Shown: positions 1 to 10,485, counted from the stretch's first letter. The stretch: DNA of 51,289 nt from Kiritimatiellia bacterium (GCA_017646325.1 JAGCMU010000026.1:1-51289), one strand, 5' to 3'. Made by a program: numbers and translations. Notes: generated by a model not told the origin, from the sequence alone.

Positions 1-18
1 CCCGCGATATGATATGAC

Positions 19-720
19 CTATCCTCTGTTATCTCTTCCCCTTTTTGAAAGTTTTAGGCGAATCAAATCAATAAGCATTCGAGGGGCGTCTTTTAAAACG
101 TTTAATGACGATCTTTTTCCTCCATGCCAAGATACGTTTTGCTCTACAACCTCTCCGCCTTGTTCAATCACCGTAGTAATCAATTCTACATCGAACGCAA
201 AACGCTTAATCATGAGATTCTCAAAAATCGGACGCATTTTTTCGCGATGAAAAAGTTTAAATCCGCATTGAGTATCCATAAGACGATTACCCATAATTAA
301 AGAAGCAAAAAACGAAAAAATCTTTGAAAGTATTTTCCGCTTTATCGGCACCCCTGGACGCCCGCGACGAGATCCGCACACAATCCATACATTATCATCT
401 GCTCTCGAGGCCAAATATTGGAATTGGGATACCGGCACCGATTCATCAACATCGCTCATCAATACCCAATCGCCCTTCGCCTCAAGAAAAGCGTCCCTCA
501 CACTCATCCCTTTACCCATGTTTTTTTCGTGGCGCAATATCTTTACGCCATCTAAATCAACGAGTTTTGGATTTGAGCCGTCATCCACAAAAATACTTTC
601 TATCAATTCAAAGCCACATTCATATGCGACTTCTTTTAAATCTGGCAATCGCAACGACAATTTACGCGCCAAATCCTGCGCATTATAAACGGGAACTATG
701 AACGATAATGTCTTCATCAC
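19..720 (-). CDS. Family 2 glycosyltransferase (polyprenol-phosphate sugar transferase-like)
   Basis: 233-aa ORF. It carries the GT-A/GT2 hallmarks 'FIVPVYNAQD', 'VDDGSNP' and a DxD-type 'SDVDESV'. It overlaps the upstream NUDIX gene by 4 nt, indicating an operon. Confidence 0.75.
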   Translation of the reverse strand: MMKTLSFIVPVYNAQDLARKLSLRLPDLKEVAYECGFELIESIFVDDGSNPKLVDLDGVKILRHEKNMGKGMSVRDAFLEAKGDWVLMSDVDESVPVSQFQYLASRADDNVWIVCGSRRGRPGVPIKRKILSKIFSFFASLIMGNRLMDTQCGFKLFHREKMRPIFENLMIKRFAFDVELITTVIEQGGEVVEQNVSWHGGKRSSLNVLKDAPRMLIDLIRLKLSKRGRDNRG

Positions 721-1133
721 ACGGTAAAATTATAACCTGCATCACATCCAAGCACTTTAAATGATTTTGGCAATAAATTGATTTCTTCCAAGCGTTCAAG
801 TTCGCACCATACAAATTCGATCCACGATTCGGCACTTTCGACTTCTATATTCGCAGGAATTTCCATATCGTAAACGAGATTTATTTCAGAATGTTTTTCA
901 CCCTTTTGTTCAAACACGTTTTCCACGACACCTCTAAATCGAGTCACTTCAACATCTAAGGATGTTTCTTCCTTCATCTCGCGTTTTAATGCGTCTCTAC
1001 CTATTTCGCCTAACTCAATATGACCTCCAGGCAAATACGCATATGTCCCATTTTTAGGCCGGCATAAAAGTATCTTTCCGTCACGGACGCAAATTCCGCG
1101 AGCAATCGTTTCAACTTGATTTACTTCACTCAT
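717..1133 (-). CDS. NUDIX hydrolase
   Basis: 138-aa ORF with a Nudix box 'GGHIELGEIGRDALKREMKEETSL' (Gx5Ex7REUxEE pattern). An AGGA sequence lies about 8 nt upstream of the ATG. Confidence 0.8.
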   Translation of the reverse strand: MSEVNQVETIARGICVRDGKILLCRPKNGTYAYLPGGHIELGEIGRDALKREMKEETSLDVEVTRFRGVVENVFEQKGEKHSEINLVYDMEIPANIEVESAESWIEFVWCELERLEEINLLPKSFKVLGCDAGYNFTV

Positions 1134-1160
1134 TTTATATTCCTGTTTCCATTTCGTAAC

Positions 1161-1169
1161 ATTCTATCA
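1161..1169 (-). promoter_or_regulatory. Putative extended -10 element (TGaTAGAAT) for the NUDIX-GT2 operon
   Basis: The minus strand reads TTGATAGAAT about 28 nt upstream of the ATG at 1133. No good -35 is present, and an AT-rich tract lies upstream. By-eye prediction only. Confidence 0.3.
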
Positions 1170-1193
1170 AAAAATAAATAAAACTAACACCAC

Positions 1194-1277
1194 ATATTAC
1201 CTATTACCTGTTCCCTATTACCTATTACCTATTACCTATTACCTATTACCTATTCCCTGTTCCCTATTACCTATTAC
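1194..1277. repeat. Heptanucleotide tandem repeat, 12 units of CTATTAC (variants ATATTAC, CTGTTCC, CTATTCC)
   Basis: Read directly from the sequence: units at 1194, 1201, 1208 ... 1271, each 7 nt. Eight units are exact CTATTAC. The minus-strand reading is (GTAATAG)n. Confidence 0.95.
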
Positions 1278-1747
1278 CTCATAATCAAATATAGGCCCGG
1301 ATATGGATGATATTCGTATGCACCGATATCAATGCTTTTGCCCTCTAACCGGTATTTCTTTTTCTCACAATTTACGTCTAACGTTTCCTTAGCAACAACC
1401 CAGTCAAGAGCCATTCCCTTATCAACGAGCGAAGAACTCTTTTTCAATGAATAGTCATAATCAATCGTTGGATCAGTCTTTGCAAAACCTACAGCCTCTG
1501 GCGTTCCGTCTAAAAACATATTATTATCAGGGTTTCCTGTCGCACTTTTTATCGTAACACCTGCAGCATTAGTAAGCGTATCATCTAACTTATATTCACC
1601 CGTTGGAACAACGATTACGTCCCCTGAAACACCATTAGACGTTTGCTCTTTTAACCACGCAACGTCTCCTACCGGCAAATCAGCCATAAGATTCAAAACT
1701 GCAATAACACAAATCGATGTTAACAATCTCATTTCTGTCTTACGCAT
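1274..1747 (-). CDS. Small secreted hypothetical protein with beta-helix-cap-like termini
   Basis: The ORF track starts at a TTG (1756) that directly abuts GGAG. The ATG at 1747 sits 9 nt after AAAGGAG and is preferred. The signal-peptide-like N-terminus is 'MRKTEMRLLTSICVIAVLNLMA', and a C-terminal 'IDIGAYEY' motif is present. Confidence 0.5.
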   Translation of the reverse strand: MRKTEMRLLTSICVIAVLNLMADLPVGDVAWLKEQTSNGVSGDVIVVPTGEYKLDDTLTNAAGVTIKSATGNPDNNMFLDGTPEAVGFAKTDPTIDYDYSLKKSSSLVDKGMALDWVVAKETLDVNCEKKKYRLEGKSIDIGAYEYHPYPGLYLIMR

Positions 1748-1782
1748 ACAAATCAACTCCTTTATTTTATTTTCTAATCATT

Positions 1783-1810
1783 ATTATACATTTAAATTCA
1801 ATCATTTCAA
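1783..1810 (-). promoter_or_regulatory. Putative sigma70-type promoter (TTGAAA-16 nt-TATAAT) for the 1274-1747 gene
   Basis: Minus strand: TTGAAA (1805-1810), a 16-nt spacer, then TATAAT (1783-1788). It lies in an AT-rich divergent intergenic region. Confidence 0.35.
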
Positions 1811-1827
1811 TAAAAAAAAAACGATAC

Positions 1828-1857
1828 TTGCAAAGCATTCTTACCCTTTGATATAAT
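1828..1857 (+). promoter_or_regulatory. Putative sigma70-type promoter with extended -10 (TTGCAA-18 nt-TGaTATAAT) for the alpha-galactosidase gene
   Basis: TTGCAA at 1828-1833, TG at 1849-1850, TATAAT at 1852-1857. An AAGGAG RBS at 1871-1876 lies 6 nt before the ATG at 1883. Confidence 0.5.
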
Positions 1858-1882
1858 TTGGTCTAATTTAAAGGAGCTTTTT

Positions 1883-3640
1883 ATGTTTGCTATTTTGCTT
1901 TCCACCATCCTTTCAACTATTAATTTTGTTGAATGCGAAAAGTGCCCATATCGTATGCGAATTTCAGAAGACGGAAAAACCGCATACATAAACATGTCGC
2001 GAATTGATGCAAAGAATAAGGACGCGATGACATCAAGAGCGAAAACACTTCTTAAATGCTTCTCAAGGCCACAGGCCGACGGGGAAAAACAACCTCTTAT
2101 GGGATGGTCCAGCTGGAATACATTTGCCGTTGATATTTCAGAGGACATCATTGTTGATGTCGCCCAATCAATGGTTACAAACGGACTTAAAGAAGCAGGA
2201 TATGTTTATGTAAATATTGACGATGGCTTTTTCAATGGACATGGCGAAGATGGAAAACTGAAATTTCACCCTATCCGCTTCCCTTATGGGCTTAAAGGAA
2301 CAGTTGATCGTATTCACTCGCTCGGTATGAAAGCGGGCATATATTCTGAAGCTGGAGCTAACACTTGCGGCAGTATGTGGAACAACGATAAAGGTGGTGT
2401 TGGTGCAGGCCTTTATGGGCACGACGATGCCGATACGAAGCTTTTCTTCAACGATTTGCAATTCGATTTTATCAAGGTTGATTATTGCGGAGCCCAAAAA
2501 CAAAAATTAGATGAAGAAAAGCGTTATACAGAAATCTATAATGCGATAAAAGCCACTGGAGAAAAAGTACGTTTTAACATTTGCCGCTGGGCCTTTCCAG
2601 GTACATGGGTTAGAAATATCGCTGGATCATGGCGCACAACTCGCGACATCCGCGCCAATTGGAAATCGATTCGCGATATCATAAAAGAAAATCTGTACCT
2701 TAGCGCATATGCAAGTCCTGGACATTACAACGATCTTGACATGCTTGAAGTCGGGCAAATAACAGGCAATGTAGTTTCTGCATTTGGTAAGGATGGCGAT
2801 ATCGGTATTACACGCGAAGAAGAAATTACTCACTTTGGTATGTGGTGCATAATGTCGTCCCCTCTTCTTCTTGGTTGCGATGTGCGTAAAATCTCAAGTG
2901 AAACTTTAAAGCTCGTAACAAACCCCTGTCTCCTTGCCATGAATCAAAATGATCTTGGGCTTCAAGCATACGTTGCTCAGCGCCAAAAGGATGCGTACGT
3001 TTTAGTAAAGGATGCCGATAAGCTTTATGGCAAAGCGCGTTATGTTGCACTTTTCAACGCAGGAGAGAAAGAACATCGTTTCGAGTTGGAATTTCCCACG
3101 ATTGATCTTGACGGCACGGTAGATGTTTTTGACCTCGTTAAAATGGCAGATATAGGAGAATATGAAAATCGCCTGACAATAGACGTTCCTGCACACTCCT
3201 CTCGATTCTTTAGATTAGACGCACAAAAGAGATTGGAAAGAACGGTTTATGAAGCAGAATGTGCATTCCTTACATCGTATCAAGAATTGAAGGATTACAA
3301 AAAAGCAGGCACGGCTTCTCCGATTGAAGTTAACGGTGCTTCCGGCGGCATTGCAATTGCAAATCTCGGCAGCAGGGAAACAAATGATATTATTTGGGAA
3401 AACGTAACGGTTTTTTCAAACGCAAATCGTAAAATCTCAATCCGCCATTCTGCCGAAAAGGATTATTCTTTCTTTATGCAAATAGATAACGAAAAGCCAA
3501 TTCAAATCAACACTAAACAATCATCTAACAAATTTGAAACTTCAACTATAGAAATAAATTTAAATCGCGGCACACATTCCATCCGTCTTTTCAGCCCCGT
3601 ATCCCCCATGCCGATAATCGATTTCTTAAAGATAAAATGA
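1883..3640 (+). CDS. GH27 alpha-galactosidase / alpha-N-acetylgalactosaminidase-like enzyme with C-terminal CBM6/35-like module
   Basis: 585-aa ORF with the GH27 blocks 'PLMGWSSWNTF', 'YVNIDDGFF' and 'DFIKVDYCG'. The C-terminal ~130 aa start 'YEAECAFL' and have a carbohydrate-binding-module-like pattern. A ~70-aa N-terminal extension of unknown nature contains 'ECEKC'. Confidence 0.8.
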   Translation: MFAILLSTILSTINFVECEKCPYRMRISEDGKTAYINMSRIDAKNKDAMTSRAKTLLKCFSRPQADGEKQPLMGWSSWNTFAVDISEDIIVDVAQSMVTNGLKEAGYVYVNIDDGFFNGHGEDGKLKFHPIRFPYGLKGTVDRIHSLGMKAGIYSEAGANTCGSMWNNDKGGVGAGLYGHDDADTKLFFNDLQFDFIKVDYCGAQKQKLDEEKRYTEIYNAIKATGEKVRFNICRWAFPGTWVRNIAGSWRTTRDIRANWKSIRDIIKENLYLSAYASPGHYNDLDMLEVGQITGNVVSAFGKDGDIGITREEEITHFGMWCIMSSPLLLGCDVRKISSETLKLVTNPCLLAMNQNDLGLQAYVAQRQKDAYVLVKDADKLYGKARYVALFNAGEKEHRFELEFPTIDLDGTVDVFDLVKMADIGEYENRLTIDVPAHSSRFFRLDAQKRLERTVYEAECAFLTSYQELKDYKKAGTASPIEVNGASGGIAIANLGSRETNDIIWENVTVFSNANRKISIRHSAEKDYSFFMQIDNEKPIQINTKQSSNKFETSTIEINLNRGTHSIRLFSPVSPMPIIDFLKIK

Positions 3641-3665
3641 AGGGTGAATTTCGCCCAAATAAAAC

Positions 3666-4592
3666 TTACTTTTTAATCAATTTTGCTTTTTCACGCAAAG
3701 ACCCCTTTTCTATGTCTTTGCTTGATTTTTCATTTTCTTTTTCTTCGGCGTTTTTAGGTGTCTTTATCAATTTACCTTTTTTAAAGGGTTCTTCATCCGC
3801 CTTTGTTGTCGGTTGATGTTTTTTCAATTCGCCTTTTTTTATTTTTATTTCTTTTAGCGGCGGCTTGTTCGTAGAGACTTTTTTTGCATTAACCGATTTT
3901 GCAATAGACTTTGCCTTCCCCTTCACGGAATAATGCTTACGCATCGTGTCAACGCTTCCATAAAGAACTTTCGATAGATATTCGTCTCCCTGAACTAATC
4001 TCTTTGCCTTTATGTCTGGATCTAAGGCAGGACGAGTCGCAAGATCCAATTTGCTTCTCACGCTTGGCATTGCAAAGAGCATACCGCAACGCTTTCGCCC
4101 GCGATGTTTCTTCTTATGCCACTTATTGGGCGCGCCGTATGCGACGTGTGAATGGCATACGACTTGAGAGTCCTTGAGTTTATAAACATTTTGCAATTGA
4201 CTCACCAACTCTTTTATCGCATCTAATTGCGCAAGCGTGACGGGTTTATCGTGATGGCCGACGACTTCAATTCCAATCGTATATTCATCGCAATCTTCCC
4301 GACCGTTCCACATCGATCGTCCTGCGTGAAACGCTTCCTTATCCCGATCGATAATGCGATATACAGTTCCGTTTTCAACAACGCAATAATGAGCCTCTCC
4401 TCGTTCACTCAATTTATTGAGAGAACTCTTTGCGTGCGCTTCGGTCGTATGAAGAATAATGAGCGTCGTACGCTTTCTATTACGACGCTCAGGATTTCTC
4501 GGCGAGCGGTAATCATCTTTCAACACTAAGCCATTTGCGACAAATGTTAGTGCAATACAAAGAAAGAATAACAACGCCCGCCGAATCATCAA
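3666..4592 (-). CDS. N-acetylmuramoyl-L-alanine amidase (amidase_2/AmpD-PGRP fold) with long Lys/Glu-rich C-terminal tail
   Basis: 308-aa ORF with an N-terminal hydrophobic anchor. Amidase_2 blocks are 'LIILHTTEA', 'AFHAG', 'IGIEVVG' and 'CHSHV'. The last ~140 aa are strongly basic and low-complexity. Confidence 0.75.
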   Translation of the reverse strand: MMIRRALLFFLCIALTFVANGLVLKDDYRSPRNPERRNRKRTTLIILHTTEAHAKSSLNKLSERGEAHYCVVENGTVYRIIDRDKEAFHAGRSMWNGREDCDEYTIGIEVVGHHDKPVTLAQLDAIKELVSQLQNVYKLKDSQVVCHSHVAYGAPNKWHKKKHRGRKRCGMLFAMPSVRSKLDLATRPALDPDIKAKRLVQGDEYLSKVLYGSVDTMRKHYSVKGKAKSIAKSVNAKKVSTNKPPLKEIKIKKGELKKHQPTTKADEEPFKKGKLIKTPKNAEEKENEKSSKDIEKGSLREKAKLIKK

Positions 4593-4608
4593 TATTTTAC
4601 ATATTCAC

Positions 4609-6195
4609 TCACACGTTGAGTGAAGTAGCAGACCACGGAGTCTTTGCTGCGAGAAGCGAAGGAGTGGTCATTTCCGGTGGAACAGGCAAGCCCAACAATT
4701 GAAGAGTTGTTGGCGCGATAGCACTTAATTTTGCAAGTGGAGTAAGAGATACTCCAGGAGCATCCTTGGCTACATAGAAACAATCGACAAGATTGAGAGT
4801 GTGCGATGTTTTCGTCATTCCCGTCTTGTAATCGACCATCTGTTCCGCGTTGCCGTGGTCGGCAAAAATAAGAACATGCGCGTCAAGCTCCATAAGTCGA
4901 GGCATAATCTTGCCGATACATTCATCGACAACTTCAACAGCCTTCGTTGCAGCAGCTTCATCGCCCGTATGCCCGACCATATCGCAGTTTGCATAGTTGA
5001 CGACGATAAGACCGTATGGATTATTTTCAAGACGCTTGAGAAGTTCTTCCGTTACCGTATATGCGTCCATTTCCGGATGGCTTGCAAACGTTGCCGGATC
5101 GAAACGGCTCTTTACTTCAACTTGATCTTCCCCTTCTGAAGGAGTTGTGGACTTGCCGTTGAAGAAGCTCGTTACGTGGCGGAACTTTTGAGTTTCTGCA
5201 ATGCGAAGCTGTTTGATGCCCGCCTTTGAAACGACTTCCCCGAGAAGGTTGTCCATTCCGCCGCCTGCACCCATAGCGCCGAGAAGATAATCTTCAAATT
5301 CATCCCAATAACGCGTAAAGCCAAGGAATGTCACTTTTGGACGGGCCTTGAGATTGCCTTGATAATCGTCGCAAACAAACGCCTGCGTCAATTGAATTGC
5401 ACGGTCTTGACGGTAGTTTGTGTGCATAATCGAATCACCATCCTTGACGCCGTCATAATCCCCAACCACACAGCAAGGAATGTATTCGTCAGTCATTGGA
5501 GTACCGTCAGGAGTCTTGTCGTTTTCATACGACGCCTTGATTGCATCCTCGACATTGTCGATTCTCTTGCCTTCGCAAGAAACGATGCAGTTATAAGCCA
5601 AATCGGTAAGAGTCCAGTTTTTAACGCGGTCCATACCGTAATAGCGACCCATAATCGTACCGATCTTGCAATTGCCTACTGCCGCCATTTCAGTTTTAAG
5701 GCGGGCAATGTACTCAAGAGTTGAACGAGGTGGCGTATCACGACCATCGAGGAACGGATGAATTACAATTTGCCCCGCAGCAAATTCTGCGCGTGCACGC
5801 TTCATGAGTTTATAAAGGTGCTCTTGGTGGGCGTGGACGCCTTCATCCTGAAGAAGACCGAAGAAGTGAAGTTGTGAATTATTCTTTTTCCAGTTTTCGA
5901 TAAGATTTTTCCACTTCGCGCTTTCAAAAAGTTCGCCGGAAGAAAGACCGTCGTCAATACGCTTCAATTCTTGAACGACGATACGCCCTGCTCCCATATT
6001 CAAGTGTCCTACTTCACTGGAACCTTGATAGCCATCCGGCAAGCCCACGGCTTCACCGCAGCAATCAAGAAGACAGTGTGGATAACGCACGCGAATCTGA
6101 TCGATAACAGGCGTCTTTGCCGTAAAAACGGAATTTCCTTTATTTCTTTCATTCACGCCCCAACCGTCGCGAATTATCAATACTACTGGTCTCAT
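4609..6195 (-). CDS. gpmI: 2,3-bisphosphoglycerate-independent phosphoglycerate mutase
   Basis: 528-aa ORF with 'LIIRDGWG', the phospho-serine block 'SSEVGHLNMGAGR', and the C-terminal metal-site block 'ADHGNAE'. Confidence 0.9.
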   Translation of the reverse strand: MRPVVLIIRDGWGVNERNKGNSVFTAKTPVIDQIRVRYPHCLLDCCGEAVGLPDGYQGSSEVGHLNMGAGRIVVQELKRIDDGLSSGELFESAKWKNLIENWKKNNSQLHFFGLLQDEGVHAHQEHLYKLMKRARAEFAAGQIVIHPFLDGRDTPPRSTLEYIARLKTEMAAVGNCKIGTIMGRYYGMDRVKNWTLTDLAYNCIVSCEGKRIDNVEDAIKASYENDKTPDGTPMTDEYIPCCVVGDYDGVKDGDSIMHTNYRQDRAIQLTQAFVCDDYQGNLKARPKVTFLGFTRYWDEFEDYLLGAMGAGGGMDNLLGEVVSKAGIKQLRIAETQKFRHVTSFFNGKSTTPSEGEDQVEVKSRFDPATFASHPEMDAYTVTEELLKRLENNPYGLIVVNYANCDMVGHTGDEAAATKAVEVVDECIGKIMPRLMELDAHVLIFADHGNAEQMVDYKTGMTKTSHTLNLVDCFYVAKDAPGVSLTPLAKLSAIAPTTLQLLGLPVPPEMTTPSLLAAKTPWSATSLNV

Positions 6196-6237
6196 TATTA
6201 ATCTCTTTCTCGCTTTTTAGCGTATTTTATTTTAAAT

Positions 6238-9200
6238 TTACTCAGCTTTCTTTATTTTCATAGGGCGTACTTTTTCACGCATTCTCTGGAAGAGAGAATA
6301 CATTCCCGGCACGAAAATAATACCGAACAAGGTCGCGAAAAGCATGCCGAATAACGTTGTTATACCGATAGCTCTCATAGCGCCTGCACCTGCACCCGAG
6401 GCGATTGCAAGCGGGAACACGCCGAAAATGAAGCTCCATGCAGTCATCAAAACGGCACGGAAACGAAGAGACGCGCCGTTCATTGCGGCTGTTTTAATAT
6501 CAATTCCCGTTTCACGTTCCTGCTTTGAGAATTCCACCATCAAAATTGCATTCTTTGCCGCAAGTGCGATAAGCATCACGCATCCAAGCTGGGCGTATAC
6601 GGAAAGCGGAGTCTTTGTTATCCACAGACCAAAAATAGCGCCTGATAATGCAAATGAGACGGAAAGAATAACTGAAATCGGGATCGTCCACGATTCATAC
6701 TGCGCAACGAGGAACAAGTACGCAAACACCAAGGCAAGGACGAGAAGGATTTCAAGTTGCCCTTCGTTTTCGCGTTCTTGAAGCTGTTGTGGGCCCCACT
6801 CAATAACAAAGCCTTCTGGAATAGGAGTCGACTCAATGAGTTTCATAATTTCAGATGTCGTCACACCTTTTGCTGGAGTAATATCACACCATGCCGCCAA
6901 CATCTTGTTGTATGCCATCGTTTCACGGGCGGTCGCAATATACTCAAGCGTTCCAAGAGATGAAATCGGGACAGTTGTACCGTCTCCAGCAGGGATACTG
7001 ATATTGTAAATATCATTTATTCCCCCACGGAACTCGTTATCATTCTGAACGCGAACGTCATACACACTTCCCAAGATGTTAAAGTCGTTAACGTAATATG
7101 CGGCGAGCTTGTTCTGGAGAATCTGGAAGATAGTCTTTGGAGAAACACCAAAGCTTTCCGCTTTTCTTCTGTCTAGCTTAAACTCAAGCTGCGGAGCTAT
7201 AGACTGAAAGCCGTGGAAACAGCTCTTGACCATCTTGTTCGTTGACATCGTATAAATGAAGTCGGAAACAGCATTGTACAATTCGTATTCTGTTTGACCC
7301 TTCATCGTACAGAAGTTCAAGCCCACACCACTCGAGCCGCCTAAACCAGTAATAGCGGCAGGCTGAGTAAAGATAAACTGACCGGCATACAATTCACTTG
7401 TAATCGCCTTAATTTTATCCATGATGACGTCAATTTGGAGATGCGGCTCTTTGCGCTTATCCCAATGGATAAGGCGAATTGATGCGTTTGCCAAGTTTTC
7501 ACTCGTACCCCACACGCCAGACGATCCGCACGTATACGAGACGCTTTGAACGCCAGGCACTTTAATTGCGCGTTCATACAATGTATCCATTACGTCAATC
7601 GTCTGCTCAAGTGTTTGACCCTCGGGAAGACGGCAGTTGATGAAAATATACCCACGGTCTTCCTTAGGCAAAAACGCCATAGGGACCTGCTTTGACATAA
7701 AGTAGATCGCAGCGAGGATACCAAATAACACAAGAAGCGTCAAAGATGCCCAATTAACGAATATACGCGTAAAGAAAAGGTATATTTTACGGAAAAATTC
7801 AAGAGTCCAGTTGAAAGGAGCAAAAACAATAAATGGTTTTTCCCTCGGCTTCTTCAATATGTACGCGCAAAGGACGGGTGAGAGCGTCAATGCAACAACT
7901 GTTGAAAGGCACAACGAAATACACATCGTAACAGCAAACTGCACATACATCATACCGACCATGCCAGGATAAAATGCGAGTGGCACATAGCAGGCAAGCG
8001 TTACCAAAGTGGTTGCAATAATGGCGCCTGTAATCTGTTTCATCGATTTAGACGCCGCATCATACGCTCCCAACCCTTCTCGAAGCATCAAGGCCTGAGT
8101 ATTTTCAACGACGACAATAGCATCGTCCACCAAGGACCCGATAACGAGAATAAGCCCGAACATCGTCAAAACATTCAACGTATACCCCATCGGATATAAG
8201 AACACGAACGTTCCCAACAGAGACACGGGGATTGCAATCGTAGGAATAAATGTTGCGCGCCAATCCTGCAAAAAGATGTAGGTAATAAGAACGACGAGCC
8301 CAAGCGCAATAAGAAGAGTGTAAAATGTTTCTTTAAGAAACACGATTGTAAATGCAGTAGTATCGTCTGCCAAAACGCCTCTCACGCCGTTAGGCAAACG
8401 GGCAATCCACTTTTCAACTTCCTTCTTTACTCGTGCCGCCGTTTCTACAGCGTTAGCTTCAGGAGCCTTGTAAATACTTAATGATGATGCAGGCATATCA
8501 TTAAAACGCCAACGCGTTTTATATCCTGCACAACCAAGCTCTACACGCGCGACATCGCGAATCAAAACCTGAGCGCCCGTAGAAGGATCGCTGCGAACGA
8601 CGATCTTTTCAAACTCAGACTTCGTCTTTAAGCGTCCCTTTACGTTCAGTTTAAAAGAAAGGTATTTATTTGAATATTCAGCACCCACAGTACCGGCAGC
8701 TGCCTGGACGTTCTGGTCTTCAATAGCCTTCTTGACATCGTTAATGGAAATATTGAGAGCTGCAAGGCGGTTTGGATTAAGCCAAATACGCATTGAGTAT
8801 GCTCTGCCTCCAGACTCTACAAGAGAAACGCCCTCTACACGAGAGATGGCGTCGGCAATCTGTTTTTCCACGAAGTTTGACAATTCCATAATATCCATTT
8901 CACTACCATCGGTAGTAAATGCATACATGGCCATACGGTCTTCTGGACGCGTTTTTACATTGATACCCGAACGAAGCGTTTCTTCCGGCAGTTTGGATTC
9001 CGATCTTTTAACGGCATTTTGCGTATTGACTAAAGCGATATCAGGATTTGTGCCAGGACGAAAACACACATAACAATAATATGAACCGATACCAGTACAA
9101 CTCGATTTATAATACCAAACATCTTCTACACCATTAACCTGATCTTCAATAACAGATGCTACTGATTCACGAAGTACTTCTGAGCTTGCGCCTGAATAAG

Positions 9201-9351
9201 AAGTGGAAATCGTAACGGTAACAGGCGTAATATTTGGATATTCCGCCACCGGCATTCTCGTCAGACAAATAGATCCACAAAGAGCGATGACGATACTAAC
9301 CACCCAACCCATTCGAGGGTGGTCAATAAATATTTGAGAAAATGATTTCAT
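6238..9351 (-). CDS. RND (HAE1/AcrB-type) efflux transporter, inner-membrane subunit
   Basis: 1037-aa ORF with the 12-TM/two-large-loop layout and typical AcrB blocks such as '[10 protein letters not shown]'. It lies directly downstream of an adaptor gene. No outer-membrane factor or regulator gene is adjacent. Confidence 0.9.
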   Translation of the reverse strand: MKSFSQIFIDHPRMGWVVSIVIALCGSICLTRMPVAEYPNITPVTVTISTSYSGASSEVLRESVASVIEDQVNGVEDVWYYKSSCTGIGSYYCYVCFRPGTNPDIALVNTQNAVKRSESKLPEETLRSGINVKTRPEDRMAMYAFTTDGSEMDIMELSNFVEKQIADAISRVEGVSLVESGGRAYSMRIWLNPNRLAALNISINDVKKAIEDQNVQAAAGTVGAEYSNKYLSFKLNVKGRLKTKSEFEKIVVRSDPSTGAQVLIRDVARVELGCAGYKTRWRFNDMPASSLSIYKAPEANAVETAARVKKEVEKWIARLPNGVRGVLADDTTAFTIVFLKETFYTLLIALGLVVLITYIFLQDWRATFIPTIAIPVSLLGTFVFLYPMGYTLNVLTMFGLILVIGSLVDDAIVVVENTQALMLREGLGAYDAASKSMKQITGAIIATTLVTLACYVPLAFYPGMVGMMYVQFAVTMCISLCLSTVVALTLSPVLCAYILKKPREKPFIVFAPFNWTLEFFRKIYLFFTRIFVNWASLTLLVLFGILAAIYFMSKQVPMAFLPKEDRGYIFINCRLPEGQTLEQTIDVMDTLYERAIKVPGVQSVSYTCGSSGVWGTSENLANASIRLIHWDKRKEPHLQIDVIMDKIKAITSELYAGQFIFTQPAAITGLGGSSGVGLNFCTMKGQTEYELYNAVSDFIYTMSTNKMVKSCFHGFQSIAPQLEFKLDRRKAESFGVSPKTIFQILQNKLAAYYVNDFNILGSVYDVRVQNDNEFRGGINDIYNISIPAGDGTTVPISSLGTLEYIATARETMAYNKMLAAWCDITPAKGVTTSEIMKLIESTPIPEGFVIEWGPQQLQERENEGQLEILLVLALVFAYLFLVAQYESWTIPISVILSVSFALSGAIFGLWITKTPLSVYAQLGCVMLIALAAKNAILMVEFSKQERETGIDIKTAAMNGASLRFRAVLMTAWSFIFGVFPLAIASGAGAGAMRAIGITTLFGMLFATLFGIIFVPGMYSLFQRMREKVRPMKIKKAE

Positions 9352-9371
9352 CGTTTTTCTTCTTTGAAGTT

Positions 9372-10478
9372 TCAGTTTTTCTTGGAAGGACTTACAACCT
9401 TCATGCCCTTACGTACCTTGTGGGGACCTTGGATAACGATTCTTTCGCCAGGCTTAAGCCCCTTTTCAACGATTAACCAATCGCCCAAAAGATTTCCGCG
9501 GGCAATCGTTCTGCGCGAAGCGATTCCTGCATCATCGATCACCCAAACGTATGGACCTTGAATATCTTGCAAAAGCGATGTGGGCGGAATTGCAGGCATC
9601 AATACGCCTGTGTTTGAAGAGAGAGTAACACTTACGGAAGAACCGATTTTAAGAAGACCTTTTGCGTTTTTGAACTTAACGTACACGCGAACGGTGTCGG
9701 ATCTTTCGTCCGCAACGTTTTCAACGTATTCAATCTGACCTTTTTCCGCATACGGTCTGCCGTCTGAAAGGTTCAATGTAACGAGGGCGTGCTTTTCAAG
9801 GTTTTCCAAGCTTGAATTGAACATCGTGAGGTAATCACGGTTGGAAATCGAAAAAGAAACACGAAGCGGAGAAGTTTGAACGAGAGAAACCAAGATTCCA
9901 GAATTTGGAGTAACGTAGTTTCCTTCCGTAAAAAGCGTCGTGCCGATCTGACCGCTGATAGGAGCCGTAATGCGGCAATGGCGCAAATTATCCTTGGCGA
10001 CAATCAAATCAGCCTCGGCCGCCAGCAATTTTGCCGATGCGCCATCGCGAGCGGAAAGAGCGTTATCTACCGCGTCCAAACTGACGGCACGCGTGGCAAC
10101 AAGCTTTTTGTGACGGGCATAGCTTGATTCTGCATAAGAAAGCTCAACCTTGCAGCTGGTAACTTTCGCTTCGGCATTTTTTACCGCCGCTTCATACTTT
10201 GTGTGGTCAAGAGCATAAAGAAGATCACCCTTCTTGACCGTTGCGCCGTTCTCAAATCCGACATCTATGATTTCGCCGCTAACTTGGGGAATGACATTAA
10301 CTTGGGCGACAGAAACTACGCGTCCAGGATATGTTCTAACTAAAAATTCAGGAACCTCCTGAACCTCTCCGATGGGAAGAGTCAACTGTTCTTGGGCAGC
10401 ATTCCCAACGTGCACGCTTGCCCCAACCAATAAAGCTAAAAGGGGCATGGAAAATTTATTTTTTATTTCGTTATACAT
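9372..10478 (-). CDS. RND efflux periplasmic adaptor (membrane fusion protein)
   Basis: Lipoyl/hairpin/beta-barrel MFP pattern, for example '[10 protein letters not shown]' and '[10 protein letters not shown]'. The track ORF extends to a TTG at 10601. The ATG at 10478 gives a proper signal peptide, '[21 protein letters not shown]'. Confidence 0.85.
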   Translation of the reverse strand: MYNEIKNKFSMPLLALLVGASVHVGNAAQEQLTLPIGEVQEVPEFLVRTYPGRVVSVAQVNVIPQVSGEIIDVGFENGATVKKGDLLYALDHTKYEAAVKNAEAKVTSCKVELSYAESSYARHKKLVATRAVSLDAVDNALSARDGASAKLLAAEADLIVAKDNLRHCRITAPISGQIGTTLFTEGNYVTPNSGILVSLVQTSPLRVSFSISNRDYLTMFNSSLENLEKHALVTLNLSDGRPYAEKGQIEYVENVADERSDTVRVYVKFKNAKGLLKIGSSVSVTLSSNTGVLMPAIPPTSLLQDIQGPYVWVIDDAGIASRRTIARGNLLGDWLIVEKGLKPGERIVIQGPHKVRKGMKVVSPSKKN

Positions 10479-10485
10479 AAGTACC

